A stretch of DNA of 64,000 bases, taken from an uncultured delta proteobacterium (GTDB lineage Bacteria; Desulfobacterota; Binatia; UBA9968). The DNA lies in NCBI GenBank assembly GCA_963816145.1, contig CAWFJP010000005.1, forward strand, positions 64,001 to 128,000, written 5' to 3'. Positions within the stretch are counted from its first letter, which is position 1, and every line of letters starts with the position of its first letter. The position numbers and the translations under genes were made by a program. This document shows, piece by piece, positions 18,810-28,811 of this stretch. A model generated the notes under the pieces. That model saw only the letters and a list, made by a program, of their open reading frames with translations, had not been told where the DNA came from and searched no databases.

Positions 18810-19073
18810 TTAGGCGGCGACTTCCACAGTTGCATAAAAATCCACTTCTTGCGGTGTGCGTTTTGGAGTAACGGAACGATGTCGCGGTAGTGGTGGTCTT
18901 ATACCATCTTCGCGCATACCTCGCAGGTGCAGTGAAATGGCTTTTTCGATTCGCCGAAGGGTAATATCAATGCTTTTTCCGGTCGCTACACAGCCGGGAA
19001 GGTCAGGCACTGAGGCGCCCCAATCACTAGTAGGATCTTTGTTAATGCGAACCAGATACTGTAATTTTTTCAT
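18810..19073 (-). CDS. hicB: HicB antitoxin
   Basis: WGASVPDLPGCVATG....E.AI.LHL.GMREDG; ATGA overlap with hicA. Confidence 0.9.
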   Translation of the reverse strand: MKKLQYLVRINKDPTSDWGASVPDLPGCVATGKSIDITLRRIEKAISLHLRGMREDGIRPPLPRHRSVTPKRTPQEVDFYATVEVAA

Positions 19074-19267
19074 CGCCTCATTCCTTTGAGTCCGGCTTGT
19101 CGCAGAACTGACGCCAACGTGCCCTTCGGCATGTCCTCGCCTGGATGACCGCTGACCGTTACCCGACCTGGTTTCGTAGGATGTTTGAATTGTCGGTGAC
19201 TTCCTTCCGTTACGGTCAATCGCCACCCATCGGCTTCGAGCATCCGAATCACGTCACGAACCTTCAC
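19070..19267 (-). CDS. hicA: HicA mRNA interferase toxin
   Basis: MKVRDVIRMLEADGW...GSHRQFKHPTKPGRVTV.GHP..D.PKGTL.S.L.QAGL. Confidence 0.93.
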   Translation of the reverse strand: MKVRDVIRMLEADGWRLTVTEGSHRQFKHPTKPGRVTVSGHPGEDMPKGTLASVLRQAGLKGMRR

Positions 19268-19524
19268 ATTACTAATATATCACGGAAAAGAAAATCAGCT
19301 CTCGGTTTCTGTGCAACGCAAACGATTGGCTGTCTGTTCCGGAAAAGCTGGGCAAGTGCAAGAATCATTTATCATAATAGATCAAACGGTAATGGTTTGG
19401 TTACGAATTTGCGTCAGGCACCATACCCCGTGGTCGCCCATCCAACAGGGTAGCCACAGGGGGCTACACCTACACGGGGATGTGGCCGGAATTAAACTGA
19501 GCTGCATAGCTTCATGCCAGGCGA

Positions 19525-19950
19525 TCATGCCGGCTTGAACTTCGGCAGGGTGATGCCGTCGCCGGTATCTTCGAACACGGTCACGACCGGCATGTCGATC
19601 TTTACTTGTTCGATGGGGCAGCCGATGACGTTGCTGCACAGGCGCGGGCCGTCGTCGAGATCGACCCAGGCGGTGACATAGGGAATATCGGGACCGAAGC
19701 CGCGCAGCGCGGTGCCGACGACTTCGCGAATGATCGTGAAGCAGAATATTTTCCCCTTGCCGCTGACCTGGACCCAGTCAAGTTTTTCGCTGGCGCAATC
19801 GCCGCACACCGGCCGCGGCGGGAAAACCCAGGTCGAGCAGTTGGTACACTTTTGCATCATCAATTTGCCGGCTTTGGCGCCATCCCAGAAGGGTTGGTTG
19901 ACCGGGGTCACTTCGGGGAGCGGTTTCTTAGCTATCTTTTCTTCTGCCAT
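19525..19950 (-). CDS. DUF35 Zn-ribbon/OB-fold protein (thiolase partner)
   Basis: PFW, CTNC..FPPR.VCGDC, SGKG.I, PYV.A.VDLDDGPR. Confidence 0.9.
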   Translation of the reverse strand: MAEEKIAKKPLPEVTPVNQPFWDGAKAGKLMMQKCTNCSTWVFPPRPVCGDCASEKLDWVQVSGKGKIFCFTIIREVVGTALRGFGPDIPYVTAWVDLDDGPRLCSNVIGCPIEQVKIDMPVVTVFEDTGDGITLPKFKPA

Positions 19951-19982
19951 GGTCTACTCCATTGGTATGCGTGAGAGAATTA

Positions 19983-20065
19983 TTCACCACGAAGGTCACG
20001 AAGAGCACGAAGTTCAGAACAAAACTCTTCCGAACCCTTCGTGTCCTTCGTGCCTTCGTGGTGAA
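19983..20065. repeat. CACGAAG-family intergenic palindrome (representative copy)
   Basis: ttcaccacgaaggtcacgaagagcacgaag ... cttcgtgtccttcgtgccttcgtggtgaa; other copies at 33827-33909, 35955-36038, 63679-63762, half copy at 10015-10041. Confidence 0.85.
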
Positions 20066-20090
20066 ATCCTGTATTCATCGTCCGCTGCGG

Positions 20091-21284
20091 TTACGCTTCG
20101 CTGCCGAGAATCGCCGCGGCGGTGCAGCCGAAGTTTTTGCCGTAGTTGACGGCGCCGACACCGGTTGAAATGCCGAATTTGATATTCGGCACCTGGCGCT
20201 CGCCGCCCTCGCCGCGGATCTGCCGGACGGTTTCGATCACATGCAGCATGCCGCCGGTGGTCGACGGTTGGCCGCAGTTGATCATGCCGCCGCTGGTCTG
20301 GATCGGCAGGTCGCCTTTGAAGGTGAAATCGGTCTTCTCGAAGAAGGCTTTGTCGTTTCTGCCGCAGAAGCCGAGATCCTCGATCTGGATCATGACGACG
20401 GGAATATAATCGTCGTAAAGATTCAAACAGCGGATATCTTTGTGCGCTACTCCGGACATGGCGAACGCGCGCTTGCCGGCGTCGGTGATGCCGGTGATGA
20501 GCGGATTGGCGCGGTAGCGCGGCCCGAAGCTGGCGTTGTTGCACTCGCCCCAGCCGAGCAGATAGACCGGCGGTTTGCGCATGGACTTGGCGCGTTCGGC
20601 GGACGTCATGATATAGGCTTTGCCGCCGTTGGCCGGCATGACGCAATCGAACAAGCGGATCGGGTCGGAGATCATGCGCGATTTCTTGTAATCTTCGATG
20701 GTGATCGGTTTTCTCAGGTACGCGTTGGGATTGAGCGAGGCATGGTAGCGCCCGGTGACGGCGACTTTGCCGAAATGGTCGTCGGTCATGCCCGACTCGT
20801 GCATGTAGCGGCTCATCACGAAAGAAATCTTGCAATTGGGTCCCATGACGCCGAAGGGCATTTCGAAGTCGCGGGTGTCGCCATGAGCGCCGCGATGACC
20901 GCCGCGCTCGCTGAACGGCGCGGCGGCCGCGATGACGAGTACGAGGTCGCAGAGCCCTGCTGTGATGGCCGCCGCGGCGTGGCCGAGCAGCGACACCGAG
21001 CTGGCGCCGCCGTTGCCGCCGGCAAGTGAAACACCCGGCGTGATGCCGAGAATCGCCGCCACTTCTTCGGGCCAGAAGGGTTGGGAATGATTCGTGGTAT
21101 AAATTGCGGCCAAGCCCTGGCCGTCGAAGTCCTTCTTAGTCAGGCCGGCGTCTTCGATCGCCAGACGCGCCGCCCAGGCGAGATATTCGGCGGTCGATTT
21201 GCGCGGCTCGCCGGGTTTGCTGCCGAGCCGGTCTGTCGGCGTTTCGCCGATGCCGACCACCGCGGTTTTTCCTCTGATGCTCAT
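20091..21284 (-). CDS. Thiolase-superfamily protein (SCP-x/Ltp2-like)
   Basis: AVVGIGET, HASLNPNA, SRMISDPIRLFDC, LYD, TSGG, RQIRGEGGERQV; adjacent DUF35 gene. Confidence 0.9.
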   Translation of the reverse strand: MSIRGKTAVVGIGETPTDRLGSKPGEPRKSTAEYLAWAARLAIEDAGLTKKDFDGQGLAAIYTTNHSQPFWPEEVAAILGITPGVSLAGGNGGASSVSLLGHAAAAITAGLCDLVLVIAAAAPFSERGGHRGAHGDTRDFEMPFGVMGPNCKISFVMSRYMHESGMTDDHFGKVAVTGRYHASLNPNAYLRKPITIEDYKKSRMISDPIRLFDCVMPANGGKAYIMTSAERAKSMRKPPVYLLGWGECNNASFGPRYRANPLITGITDAGKRAFAMSGVAHKDIRCLNLYDDYIPVVMIQIEDLGFCGRNDKAFFEKTDFTFKGDLPIQTSGGMINCGQPSTTGGMLHVIETVRQIRGEGGERQVPNIKFGISTGVGAVNYGKNFGCTAAAILGSEA

Positions 21285-21359
21285 GGAAATAGTTCCTTTC
21301 TTGATTCAAGCAGAATTATTGCAGCGCACTTTGACTGTCAAGCAATCCCTCCAACTATC

Positions 21360-21388
21360 TTGACCCAAATGATTCAACCACCTAAGAT
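21360..21388 (+). promoter_or_regulatory. Possible sigma70 promoter for the SBP gene at 21410
   Basis: TTGACC-17 nt-TAAGAT, followed by AAGGAG RBS. Confidence 0.4.
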
Positions 21389-21409
21389 TGCCGCCGATAA
21401 GGAGCCAGA

Positions 21410-22393
21410 ATGAAATTATCAAGGGCAGTTTGTTTGGTTTTGGTTTATTTAGCTGTGACGGGTCGGGGTATTTTATACGCCGCCGATAAACTTGTCGCCG
21501 ACTATGGCGGTCTGTCGGGGTTTCAAAGCGCCGTGTGGGTGGCGAAAGATTTGAAAATTTTCGATAAGCACAATCTTGACGTCGAGGTGATCATGATTAC
21601 CGGCAGCGCCCGCTCGATCGCGGCGCTGATCGGCAACAGCACGCAATTCTCGACCGGCTCGGCGACCGGACCGCTGGCGGCGGCGGTCAAAGGGTCCGAT
21701 CTCAAGGTGATTGCCGCTTCGTACAATAAGTTTCCTTATGCGTTCGTGGTTAAACCGGATATCCGCAACCCGAAGGATTTGCGCGGCAAGAAGGTCAACA
21801 TCCTCAATTTCGGCGGTTCCAACGACCTAGCGCTCCAATTGGCATTGAAAGAGTGGGGATTGAAACTTTCCGACATCCAGGTGATTGTCGGCGGCGACGC
21901 GCCGACGCGCTTGGGTTCGCTCATGACCGGCCGCACGGACGCGACGATTCTTTCGCCGCCACATTTGACGATGGCGGTGAAATCCGGCTATCGCGTGCTC
22001 GCCGACATGGGCGACATGAGCGCGAATTTCCCGCAATCGACGTTGAATGTGAAGGGCGGCTATATGCGCGAAAATCGCGACTTGGTAAAACGCTTCGTGC
22101 GCTCGTATGCCGAAGCGGTTCACGTCATCAAGACGAGCCGCGATCGAACCATGAAAATTTTCGCTAAACGGATGGGCCTCGACGACCCGGCGATGGTCAG
22201 CACGACTTACGATTACTTTGCCCCGCGCTTCTCATTCCCGCCGCGGGTGAATATGGAAGGCGTGCGCGACACGCTCAACTTCTACGCCCAACAAAACGCC
22301 GAATTCAAAAACCACAAGGCCGAAGAGTTTGTCGACTCATCGATCATGGACGAATTGGAAAAAGAAGGGTTCTTTAAAAAACTCGGTGGCTGA
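21410..22393 (+). CDS. ABC substrate-binding protein, NMT1/SsuA/TauA family
   Basis: Signal peptide, WVAKD..IF.KH.LDVE, DLRGKK, FVDSSIMDELEKEGFF. Confidence 0.9.
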   Translation: MKLSRAVCLVLVYLAVTGRGILYAADKLVADYGGLSGFQSAVWVAKDLKIFDKHNLDVEVIMITGSARSIAALIGNSTQFSTGSATGPLAAAVKGSDLKVIAASYNKFPYAFVVKPDIRNPKDLRGKKVNILNFGGSNDLALQLALKEWGLKLSDIQVIVGGDAPTRLGSLMTGRTDATILSPPHLTMAVKSGYRVLADMGDMSANFPQSTLNVKGGYMRENRDLVKRFVRSYAEAVHVIKTSRDRTMKIFAKRMGLDDPAMVSTTYDYFAPRFSFPPRVNMEGVRDTLNFYAQQNAEFKNHKAEEFVDSSIMDELEKEGFFKKLGG

Positions 22394-22467
22394 GAAGTGA
22401 AGACCGTGGTCGTGACTCGTGTTGGTAAATCCCTTCCGGACCGATCACGTTTCACGAACACGATTTC

Positions 22468-23439
22468 TTACTGCGCTTTGCGCGCAAAACTCCAATCCGC
22501 TACATCGTTGATACCGACATCCGGGGAGTTCTTCCGAGTTTCGCGCACGAGCCGGATGACGTTGCGCATGCTTTCGTCTGAGGCGATGCCGGTGCGGCTG
22601 AACAGGCCGAGCATTTCCCGATACATTTCTTCGCGGACATCGGCTTCCTTGATGCCCCATTGCTTGTCGATGATCGCCAGGATATCGGCCTTGCGCGTGC
22701 GAATATATTCCAAGCTCTTGATCAGGGCGCGGATCATTTTGACGATCTCATCGGGCTTCTCTTTCATCTTCTGCAGGTGCACTGCCAAGCCGCCGACAGG
22801 CATGCTCATGATATCGTTGAAGCCGAGGAGCTGGTTGAAGCCGCGCTTTTTGGCCATATGATTGAACGGCGGCACGATCATCGCCGCCTGGATCGCGCCG
22901 CTTTCCAGCGACATGTAGCGCGCCGAGCTGCCGCCGACCTGCAGGAAGGTCACGTCTTTTTCCGGATTCAGATTGTACTTGCGCAGAACTGCGATGGCTT
23001 CGCTGTGCGGCGTGCCGCCGAAGCTGCTGATGCCGAAGGTCTTGCCTTTCAAATCTTCGACCCGCTTGATGTTCGGGCTGGTGACGAGAAAATGATCGGC
23101 ACCGTCCATCACCGACATGACGATGCGCACCGGCGCCCCGGACATCGCGGCGCCGACGAAGTTGGAAAACGTGCCGCCGTAATCGACATGGCGGCTGAGC
23201 ACGCCGTTGACCACCACCTGGTTCTGCATGATGACGACGAGCGCGTTGAGCCCCTCGGCTTTGAAAAAGCCTTTTTCCTCGGCGACGACGTAGGGCAAGG
23301 ACGTGCTGCCGTTGCGCGTGGTAAGGCCCAAGGTAATGCGCTCTTGGGCGTAGATCGATTGGACGTATGGGACCGATAGGACCAATAAGAAAAACAGTCG
23401 GAAGCGGCCGACGGCGCGGTTAGTTCGCATCGATTTCAT
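22468..23439 (-). CDS. ABC substrate-binding protein, NMT1/SsuA/TauA family
   Basis: VAEEKGFFKAEGL, DLKGKTFGISSFG, LNPEKDVTFLQVG. Confidence 0.9.
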   Translation of the reverse strand: MKSMRTNRAVGRFRLFFLLVLSVPYVQSIYAQERITLGLTTRNGSTSLPYVVAEEKGFFKAEGLNALVVIMQNQVVVNGVLSRHVDYGGTFSNFVGAAMSGAPVRIVMSVMDGADHFLVTSPNIKRVEDLKGKTFGISSFGGTPHSEAIAVLRKYNLNPEKDVTFLQVGGSSARYMSLESGAIQAAMIVPPFNHMAKKRGFNQLLGFNDIMSMPVGGLAVHLQKMKEKPDEIVKMIRALIKSLEYIRTRKADILAIIDKQWGIKEADVREEMYREMLGLFSRTGIASDESMRNVIRLVRETRKNSPDVGINDVADWSFARKAQ

Positions 23440-23461
23440 TCAGGTTCCTGGTGACGTTGCG

Positions 23462-24445
23462 TTAACGCGCCGCTTTGGCGATCTCATCGAGCAAGCTGGT
23501 GTCGACGAAATCCTTCGGCTGCGCCTGCTTTGCCCTGGGCTCTTTGTCGGCGAGGAAATCGAGAGCCGCTTGTATCCCTTCCATGGTCGGGTAGGGGATC
23601 GGACGAAACAGCGGCTCGCCAGTGTTGTAGCTGTATTCCAACACCACGTTGTCCTGGGTGTTCATGTATTTGCCGAGAGTTTTCATGGTGAACGCCTTGT
23701 CGGCTTTGATCCGCTCGATGGCGCCGCGATAGGCGCGCATCACCTTCAACGCCGTCGAACGATTGCGCTCTAAATATTTCCTGCTGGTCGCCAAGCTGGT
23801 GTGTTGAAAGGCAACGCCGATCTGCGGCAAGAACGCCAGCTCTTTATAGCCGGCGCGGATCGCGATCATGTTCGTCGGCGGCGACATCACGCCGCCGTGG
23901 AGCGCGCCCGCCGCCATAGCCGGGAGAATTTCCGGCACGCCGCGCATCTGCAAGATACTTACTTCGCTGTCCGCCTTGATATTCCACTTTTTGAGCGCCA
24001 GGCGCAGCGCGAAGTCGGTCGCCGAACCGAAGGTGCTGATGCCGATCTTCTTGCCGCGCAAATCATCCGGCTTGTCGATACCTTTGGTCGTGACGATGGA
24101 AAAGAACGGTGAATTAACAATGCCGGCGACGATTACGACATCGGCACCGGTCAGAGCCGCGGCGATGAGCGCGCCGCCGTAAATTTGCGCGAAGGGAACT
24201 TCGCCGCTCACCAGAGCCGACATCGTCTGCGGCCCGCCGCGTATGTAGATCAATTCGGCGGGCACGCCTTCGCGCGCGAAGTAGCCGCCGTCTTGGGCCA
24301 CCCATGTTGGCAACGACGCCACGCTCGCCGCGCCGACGGCGATGCGCACCGGTTGGGCGAAGGCGGTGACCTCGCCCAAGAGCAAGAAAGAGGCGATCGC
24401 GAGATAAAGCAGAATAGTGCGGCCGGTCAGTTCGGCACCGTTCAT
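23462..24445 (-). CDS. ABC substrate-binding protein, NMT1/SsuA/TauA family
   Basis: WVAQDGGYFAREG, DLRGKKIGISTFGSATD, PYPTMEG, FVDTSLLDE; start chosen from the GAGGGG RBS. Confidence 0.88.
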   Translation of the reverse strand: MNGAELTGRTILLYLAIASFLLLGEVTAFAQPVRIAVGAASVASLPTWVAQDGGYFAREGVPAELIYIRGGPQTMSALVSGEVPFAQIYGGALIAAALTGADVVIVAGIVNSPFFSIVTTKGIDKPDDLRGKKIGISTFGSATDFALRLALKKWNIKADSEVSILQMRGVPEILPAMAAGALHGGVMSPPTNMIAIRAGYKELAFLPQIGVAFQHTSLATSRKYLERNRSTALKVMRAYRGAIERIKADKAFTMKTLGKYMNTQDNVVLEYSYNTGEPLFRPIPYPTMEGIQAALDFLADKEPRAKQAQPKDFVDTSLLDEIAKAAR

Positions 24446-24534
24446 AACGAGTCCCCTCTCGGTTTGGACGGAGTCATGGGTTGGAATATCCACTATTTCT
24501 TTTCTCAAATTGCGACCTCACCGAATGCGGCGGG

Positions 24535-25668
24535 TTAGTGCAATCGCGGCATGATCTCTTTGGTGAATAAATTGAGCGAGTTGATCACTTTCTCATGCTT
24601 CAAGCTGCCAATGTGGAACATGCCCATGAAGTGGTCGGCGCCGACTTGTTTCATCTGGTCTTGGATCTGTTTGGCGACGCTGTCGGGGTTGCCGGCGATC
24701 AGGTAACCGGATTTGACCAGGCCGTCATAATCCATCTTCGAGAAATCGAAACGCTCGCGATTGCCGTCGCGGAAGTAACTGAAAGAACGCTCGCTGGTGA
24801 GCGCAGCTTGGAGCTGCTTGTCCACGGCGTCTTTGTTGATCGCTTCATTGAAGCCGCGGTTGAAGACGGTGAAGAAATAAGCCATCGCCGCTTCAATATT
24901 GCCCCGCGCTTTTTGCTCGGTGTCGTCGATATAAATATGACGGCAGAGAATGAACTGTTCGGCTTGGGCGTCCCAGCCCGCTTCTTTGGCCTTGGTCCGG
25001 TAATAGCTAAAAGTATCTTCGATCTGGCCGGTGGTTTGGTAAACCTGGGCGCAGGGCAGATGGCGTTTGACGCACCATTCGATAGACTCGGCGCTGCGCG
25101 CGGCGATCCAGATCGGCGGGTGCGGCTGTTGCACCGGCCGCGGCCAGATGGCGCAGTCGTGCAGTTTGAAGAACTTGCCCTCGTGGCTCCACACCGGTTC
25201 GGTCCAGGCGGTCATGATCAAGTTGTAAGCTTCTTCGAAGCGGCCGCGCGACTCCTCCGGATTGACGCCGTACCAAATGTACTCCGGCGGGATGCCGCGC
25301 ACGAAGCCGGCGATCAGCCGGCCGTTACTGAGGCAGTCGATCATGGCGTACTCTTCGGCGACGCGCACCGGGTGATTGCGCAGCGGCAAGATGTTGCCGA
25401 GGACGCCGATTTTGATTTTCTTGGTTTTCTGGCTTAACGCGGATGCGATCAGATTGGGCGAGGGCATGGTGCCGTAGGCGCTGTAGTGATGCTCGTTGAA
25501 AACCACGCCGTCGAAGCCCAATTCCTCACAATAGGTCATTTCATCCAAGTGCTCGGCGTAATTCGCCGCGCCCTTGAGCGGATCGAAATAGCTGCTCGGT
25601 ACCGGCGTGCGCGGCGCGTCGGCGGGCACATGAGGATAGGCAAGCAGATCGAAATTATAAAGCTTCAC
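24535..25668 (-). CDS. LLM-class flavin-dependent oxidoreductase/monooxygenase
   Basis: EELGFDGVVFNEHH, PSPNL, PVRVAEEYAMID..S.GRL.AGF.RG, WPRPVQQPHPPIW. Confidence 0.9.
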   Translation of the reverse strand: MKLYNFDLLAYPHVPADAPRTPVPSSYFDPLKGAANYAEHLDEMTYCEELGFDGVVFNEHHYSAYGTMPSPNLIASALSQKTKKIKIGVLGNILPLRNHPVRVAEEYAMIDCLSNGRLIAGFVRGIPPEYIWYGVNPEESRGRFEEAYNLIMTAWTEPVWSHEGKFFKLHDCAIWPRPVQQPHPPIWIAARSAESIEWCVKRHLPCAQVYQTTGQIEDTFSYYRTKAKEAGWDAQAEQFILCRHIYIDDTEQKARGNIEAAMAYFFTVFNRGFNEAINKDAVDKQLQAALTSERSFSYFRDGNRERFDFSKMDYDGLVKSGYLIAGNPDSVAKQIQDQMKQVGADHFMGMFHIGSLKHEKVINSLNLFTKEIMPRLH

Positions 25669-25819
25669 GAATTAATTCTCCTTAAACAAAACTGCGCGGA
25701 TGCTAACACTCAGGCTAGAAGGGGTCAAACAAACTTGAACGGATGAAGGATGAAGGCGGAAGGATGAAGTGGATGGTTTTCGTCCGAATCTACATCCTTC
25801 ATCCCTCTGCCTTCCAACT

Positions 25820-26809
25820 TTACTTGTAGTACCCTTCCTTGACCAGCTGGTCGACGATGCTGGTGTCGATAAAGGACGCGGCATTGGCGCCGGCGGCTTT
25901 GGGGGTGTTTTTCTTGATCGCCTCTAAAGTCGTCTTGATGGTCTCGACCTGCGGCCGGTGGCTTTTGTCGGCCCAGCGTTTGAATTGATTGTAGGCGTAC
26001 TCCGTTTCATCGCGCGGCCGGCCGAGATACTCGGACATGATTTCCAGCGTCTTGTCCTTGTTGTCGAAGTAGAACTTGGAAGCATCGGCGGTGGCACGCA
26101 TGAAGCGGACGACGTTGTCGCGGTTGGCTTTTAAGTAGGCGTTTGGGACGATTTCGCCGTTCTGCTGCCAGGGGATTCCCAATCCAGGTAACGCCAGAAG
26201 CATTTCATAACCGCGCCGTTCGGCGATCAGATCGAAGGGCGGCGCGAGGATGCCGAACTGCACCTCGCCTTTTTCCATGGCGGCGAGAATGCTGACGGGA
26301 TCGGCGCCGGAATGTTGCACGAGTTTCACGTCTTTCTCCGGGTTGATTTTGAGACGGTTCAAAGCAAAGCGCAGGGCAGTGTCGGGAATCGTCCCAAACG
26401 GCGCGCCGACATGGCCGGTTTTACCTTTGAGGTCTTCGACCTTCTTGATGCCTTTCTGCGCCATGATTTTGTACGGGAATACGTTGACCCAGGAACCGAC
26501 GAGCGTAAAGCCGGGCGCACCTTCGAGATTGGCGGTGATAAAGGCGGCCATCCCAGCGCCGGTGGCCATCTGCATTTTGTTGGCGAGCATCGCCTGCACC
26601 GCGGCGGTGGTGTTGGTCTTGATGATTTCGACGTCCAGGCCATGCTTCTTATACAGTCCCTGATTGACGGCGATGGAGAATAATCCGGCACCCGGGTTTA
26701 CGCCGGCCTGGCCGACGGTCATTTTGCGCAGGGCGTCGGCGGCCTGGCCGATGCCACCCAGGGCCAAGACAGTGAAGCAGAGCAAGACGATTTTCCCGGT
26801 CAACTTCAT
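25820..26809 (-). CDS. ABC substrate-binding protein, NMT1/SsuA/TauA family
   Basis: GLYKKHGLDVE, DLKGKT, NPEKDVKL, FIDTSIVDQLVKEGY. Confidence 0.88.
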   Translation of the reverse strand: MKLTGKIVLLCFTVLALGGIGQAADALRKMTVGQAGVNPGAGLFSIAVNQGLYKKHGLDVEIIKTNTTAAVQAMLANKMQMATGAGMAAFITANLEGAPGFTLVGSWVNVFPYKIMAQKGIKKVEDLKGKTGHVGAPFGTIPDTALRFALNRLKINPEKDVKLVQHSGADPVSILAAMEKGEVQFGILAPPFDLIAERRGYEMLLALPGLGIPWQQNGEIVPNAYLKANRDNVVRFMRATADASKFYFDNKDKTLEIMSEYLGRPRDETEYAYNQFKRWADKSHRPQVETIKTTLEAIKKNTPKAAGANAASFIDTSIVDQLVKEGYYK

Positions 26810-26832
26810 GCAATCCTCCCGAATCGAGTAGT

Positions 26833-27621
26833 TTAAGATCTTTGCGGTTTCCACTTGTCGAGACGCGTCTCGATGGCTTTGAGCGTTTCGTTCAACCCAG
26901 CGCCCAAGCCGGCGATGATGATGATGGGGACAAACATCGCGGCCATTTGAAAGCGCTGCGCCGCCACCGAGCTCAAATAGCCCAGTCCGGTGGCGGCGCC
27001 ATATTGCTCGGCGACGACGATATACACGAGCGCGCGGCCCAACGCGACGCGCATGCCCGCGACAATATAAGGCAGGGAGCCGGGCAGCGACACCTTCATG
27101 AAGATCTGGCTGTCGCGCGCGCCAAAGGCCCGCGACATCGTGATCAAGCGGTTGTCGGTGTTGGCGATGCCGACCATGGTATTAATGAGAATCGGAAACA
27201 CCGCGGCGAGCACGGTCATGATGATTTTCGATACCGCACCCAAGCCGAACATCATGATGATCAGCGGCAGCAGGGCGATCAGCGGTGTGGCGTAGATGCC
27301 GGAGAGCAGCGGATCGAAGGTCTTGTGCACCGCCCGGTACCAACCCATGGGCACGCCCATGACCACACCGAGAACCACCGAAATGGCAAAGCCGATCAAG
27401 AAATTGGTCAGACTAAACCACATATGTTCCCAGATGGAACCATTGGCGAAGAGCTCGTAGCCCTTGGCGATGATCTTGCTAAACGGCGGAAAGTAAAATG
27501 GATTGATGAGCTCAAGGCGGGTCGACAGTTCCCAGGCGAGGAAAAAGGCGATGATGCCGATGACGCCGAGCCAGTTCGAGAGCAGCTCGCGGGTGCGCTG
27601 CCACAACCGATTGGTGGTCAA
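26833..27621 (-). CDS. ABC transporter permease, SsuC/TauC family
   Basis: FPPFSKI, P.IALLPL, FPILINT..G, EAA loop SRAFGA, LP.SLPYI.AG.R, VVAEQ; start uncertain. Confidence 0.9.
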   Translation of the reverse strand: MTTNRLWQRTRELLSNWLGVIGIIAFFLAWELSTRLELINPFYFPPFSKIIAKGYELFANGSIWEHMWFSLTNFLIGFAISVVLGVVMGVPMGWYRAVHKTFDPLLSGIYATPLIALLPLIIMMFGLGAVSKIIMTVLAAVFPILINTMVGIANTDNRLITMSRAFGARDSQIFMKVSLPGSLPYIVAGMRVALGRALVYIVVAEQYGAATGLGYLSSVAAQRFQMAAMFVPIIIIAGLGAGLNETLKAIETRLDKWKPQRS

Positions 27622-27860
27622 CGGATTCGATTCGTCGACGGAGACTAGATCGAACGCTTCTTGCTCTGGTTTCGCCGTGGCGCGCTCCTTAAGGGACGGT
27701 GCGGTTGAATCTAGTCGCCAGGCTTAGCCCTGTCAAGCTTACTTGACAGGGGATTACAAATTACAGATTCCAAATTCCATATATTCGGATCGGGAGGCTG
27801 CGGCCCGGTTTGGAATATGTAATCTGGAATTTGGAATTTGCGATGCGGCGCTTCGTGCCG

Positions 27861-28658
27861 CTACTCCCAGCGTTTCATCTTGGTGAAATCGTAATCCAGC
27901 GAACTGTCGGCTTCGAAGCGCCAGATCGCCCGGTCTTTTTTCCACTCGCCGGCGAATACCGACTTCAAAAACGACGTGATCTGATTCCACGCCGCGTCGC
28001 TCTGCAGTTGGCGGTAGCGCCCGGGCATGGTGTCGTTGAGAAAACCGTGCGGCGCGTCGGGGTAGACCCGGACGCCGAAGCTCTTCTTGGCCGCGGCCAA
28101 GACGGTAGTCATGCGCACGATGTTGTCGAGGTGGATCAGATTGTCGAGTTCGCCGAAGACCGCGGTGAGCGGGCACTGCATTTTCTCCATCAGCGATTCA
28201 ATGGACTCGGGCCGCATCGGATGAGATTTCCAGTCGGCGTCATAGACCGCGCCGTAGAGGACCACGGCTGCGGCGAGGTAATCGCGCTTGGCGCCGACCA
28301 AAATCGGTTGGCGCCCGGTTTGACAGACGCCCGACATGGCGACCCGGGTCATGTCGGCCTGCGGCACGGTGCGCAGATAGGCGATGATTGCGTCGGTGTC
28401 GGCCAGGACGATTTCGTCATCGAGGTCGCAACGGTCGTTGCCATCGGCCAGCGCCTTGCGGTCACCGGTGAAGCGAGAAAAATAGTCGGGCACGATGGTC
28501 ACATAGCCGGCTTTGACGTACTTCTCGCCCAAGTCCAAAGTGTGCTGCACGATGCCGTAGCGCTCGTGCATATGGATAATGACCGGACGTTTGCCGATAC
28601 CTTCGGGGATGCCGAGATGGGCGTCGATGCGCTTGTCGATTTCTACCGATGTGAGCAT
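27861..28658 (-). CDS. Dienelactone hydrolase family protein
   Basis: HERYG, GVCQTG nucleophile elbow, FGELD, YPDAPHGF. Confidence 0.88.
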   Translation of the reverse strand: MLTSVEIDKRIDAHLGIPEGIGKRPVIIHMHERYGIVQHTLDLGEKYVKAGYVTIVPDYFSRFTGDRKALADGNDRCDLDDEIVLADTDAIIAYLRTVPQADMTRVAMSGVCQTGRQPILVGAKRDYLAAAVVLYGAVYDADWKSHPMRPESIESLMEKMQCPLTAVFGELDNLIHLDNIVRMTTVLAAAKKSFGVRVYPDAPHGFLNDTMPGRYRQLQSDAAWNQITSFLKSVFAGEWKKDRAIWRFEADSSLDYDFTKMKRWE

Positions 28659-28811
28659 GGTCGTGTCCTTTGTTGTGTTGCTTGAAAACTTACACGTCCT
28701 AACACTGGCGGCGAGGATTTTCTAGAGCTTTTTTGCAAATCCGGGCGATTGGTAGTTTGCGAGAAATGTCGCTCACACGAAGAGCACGGCGCGGCGGTGC
28801 CGCAACCGAGG

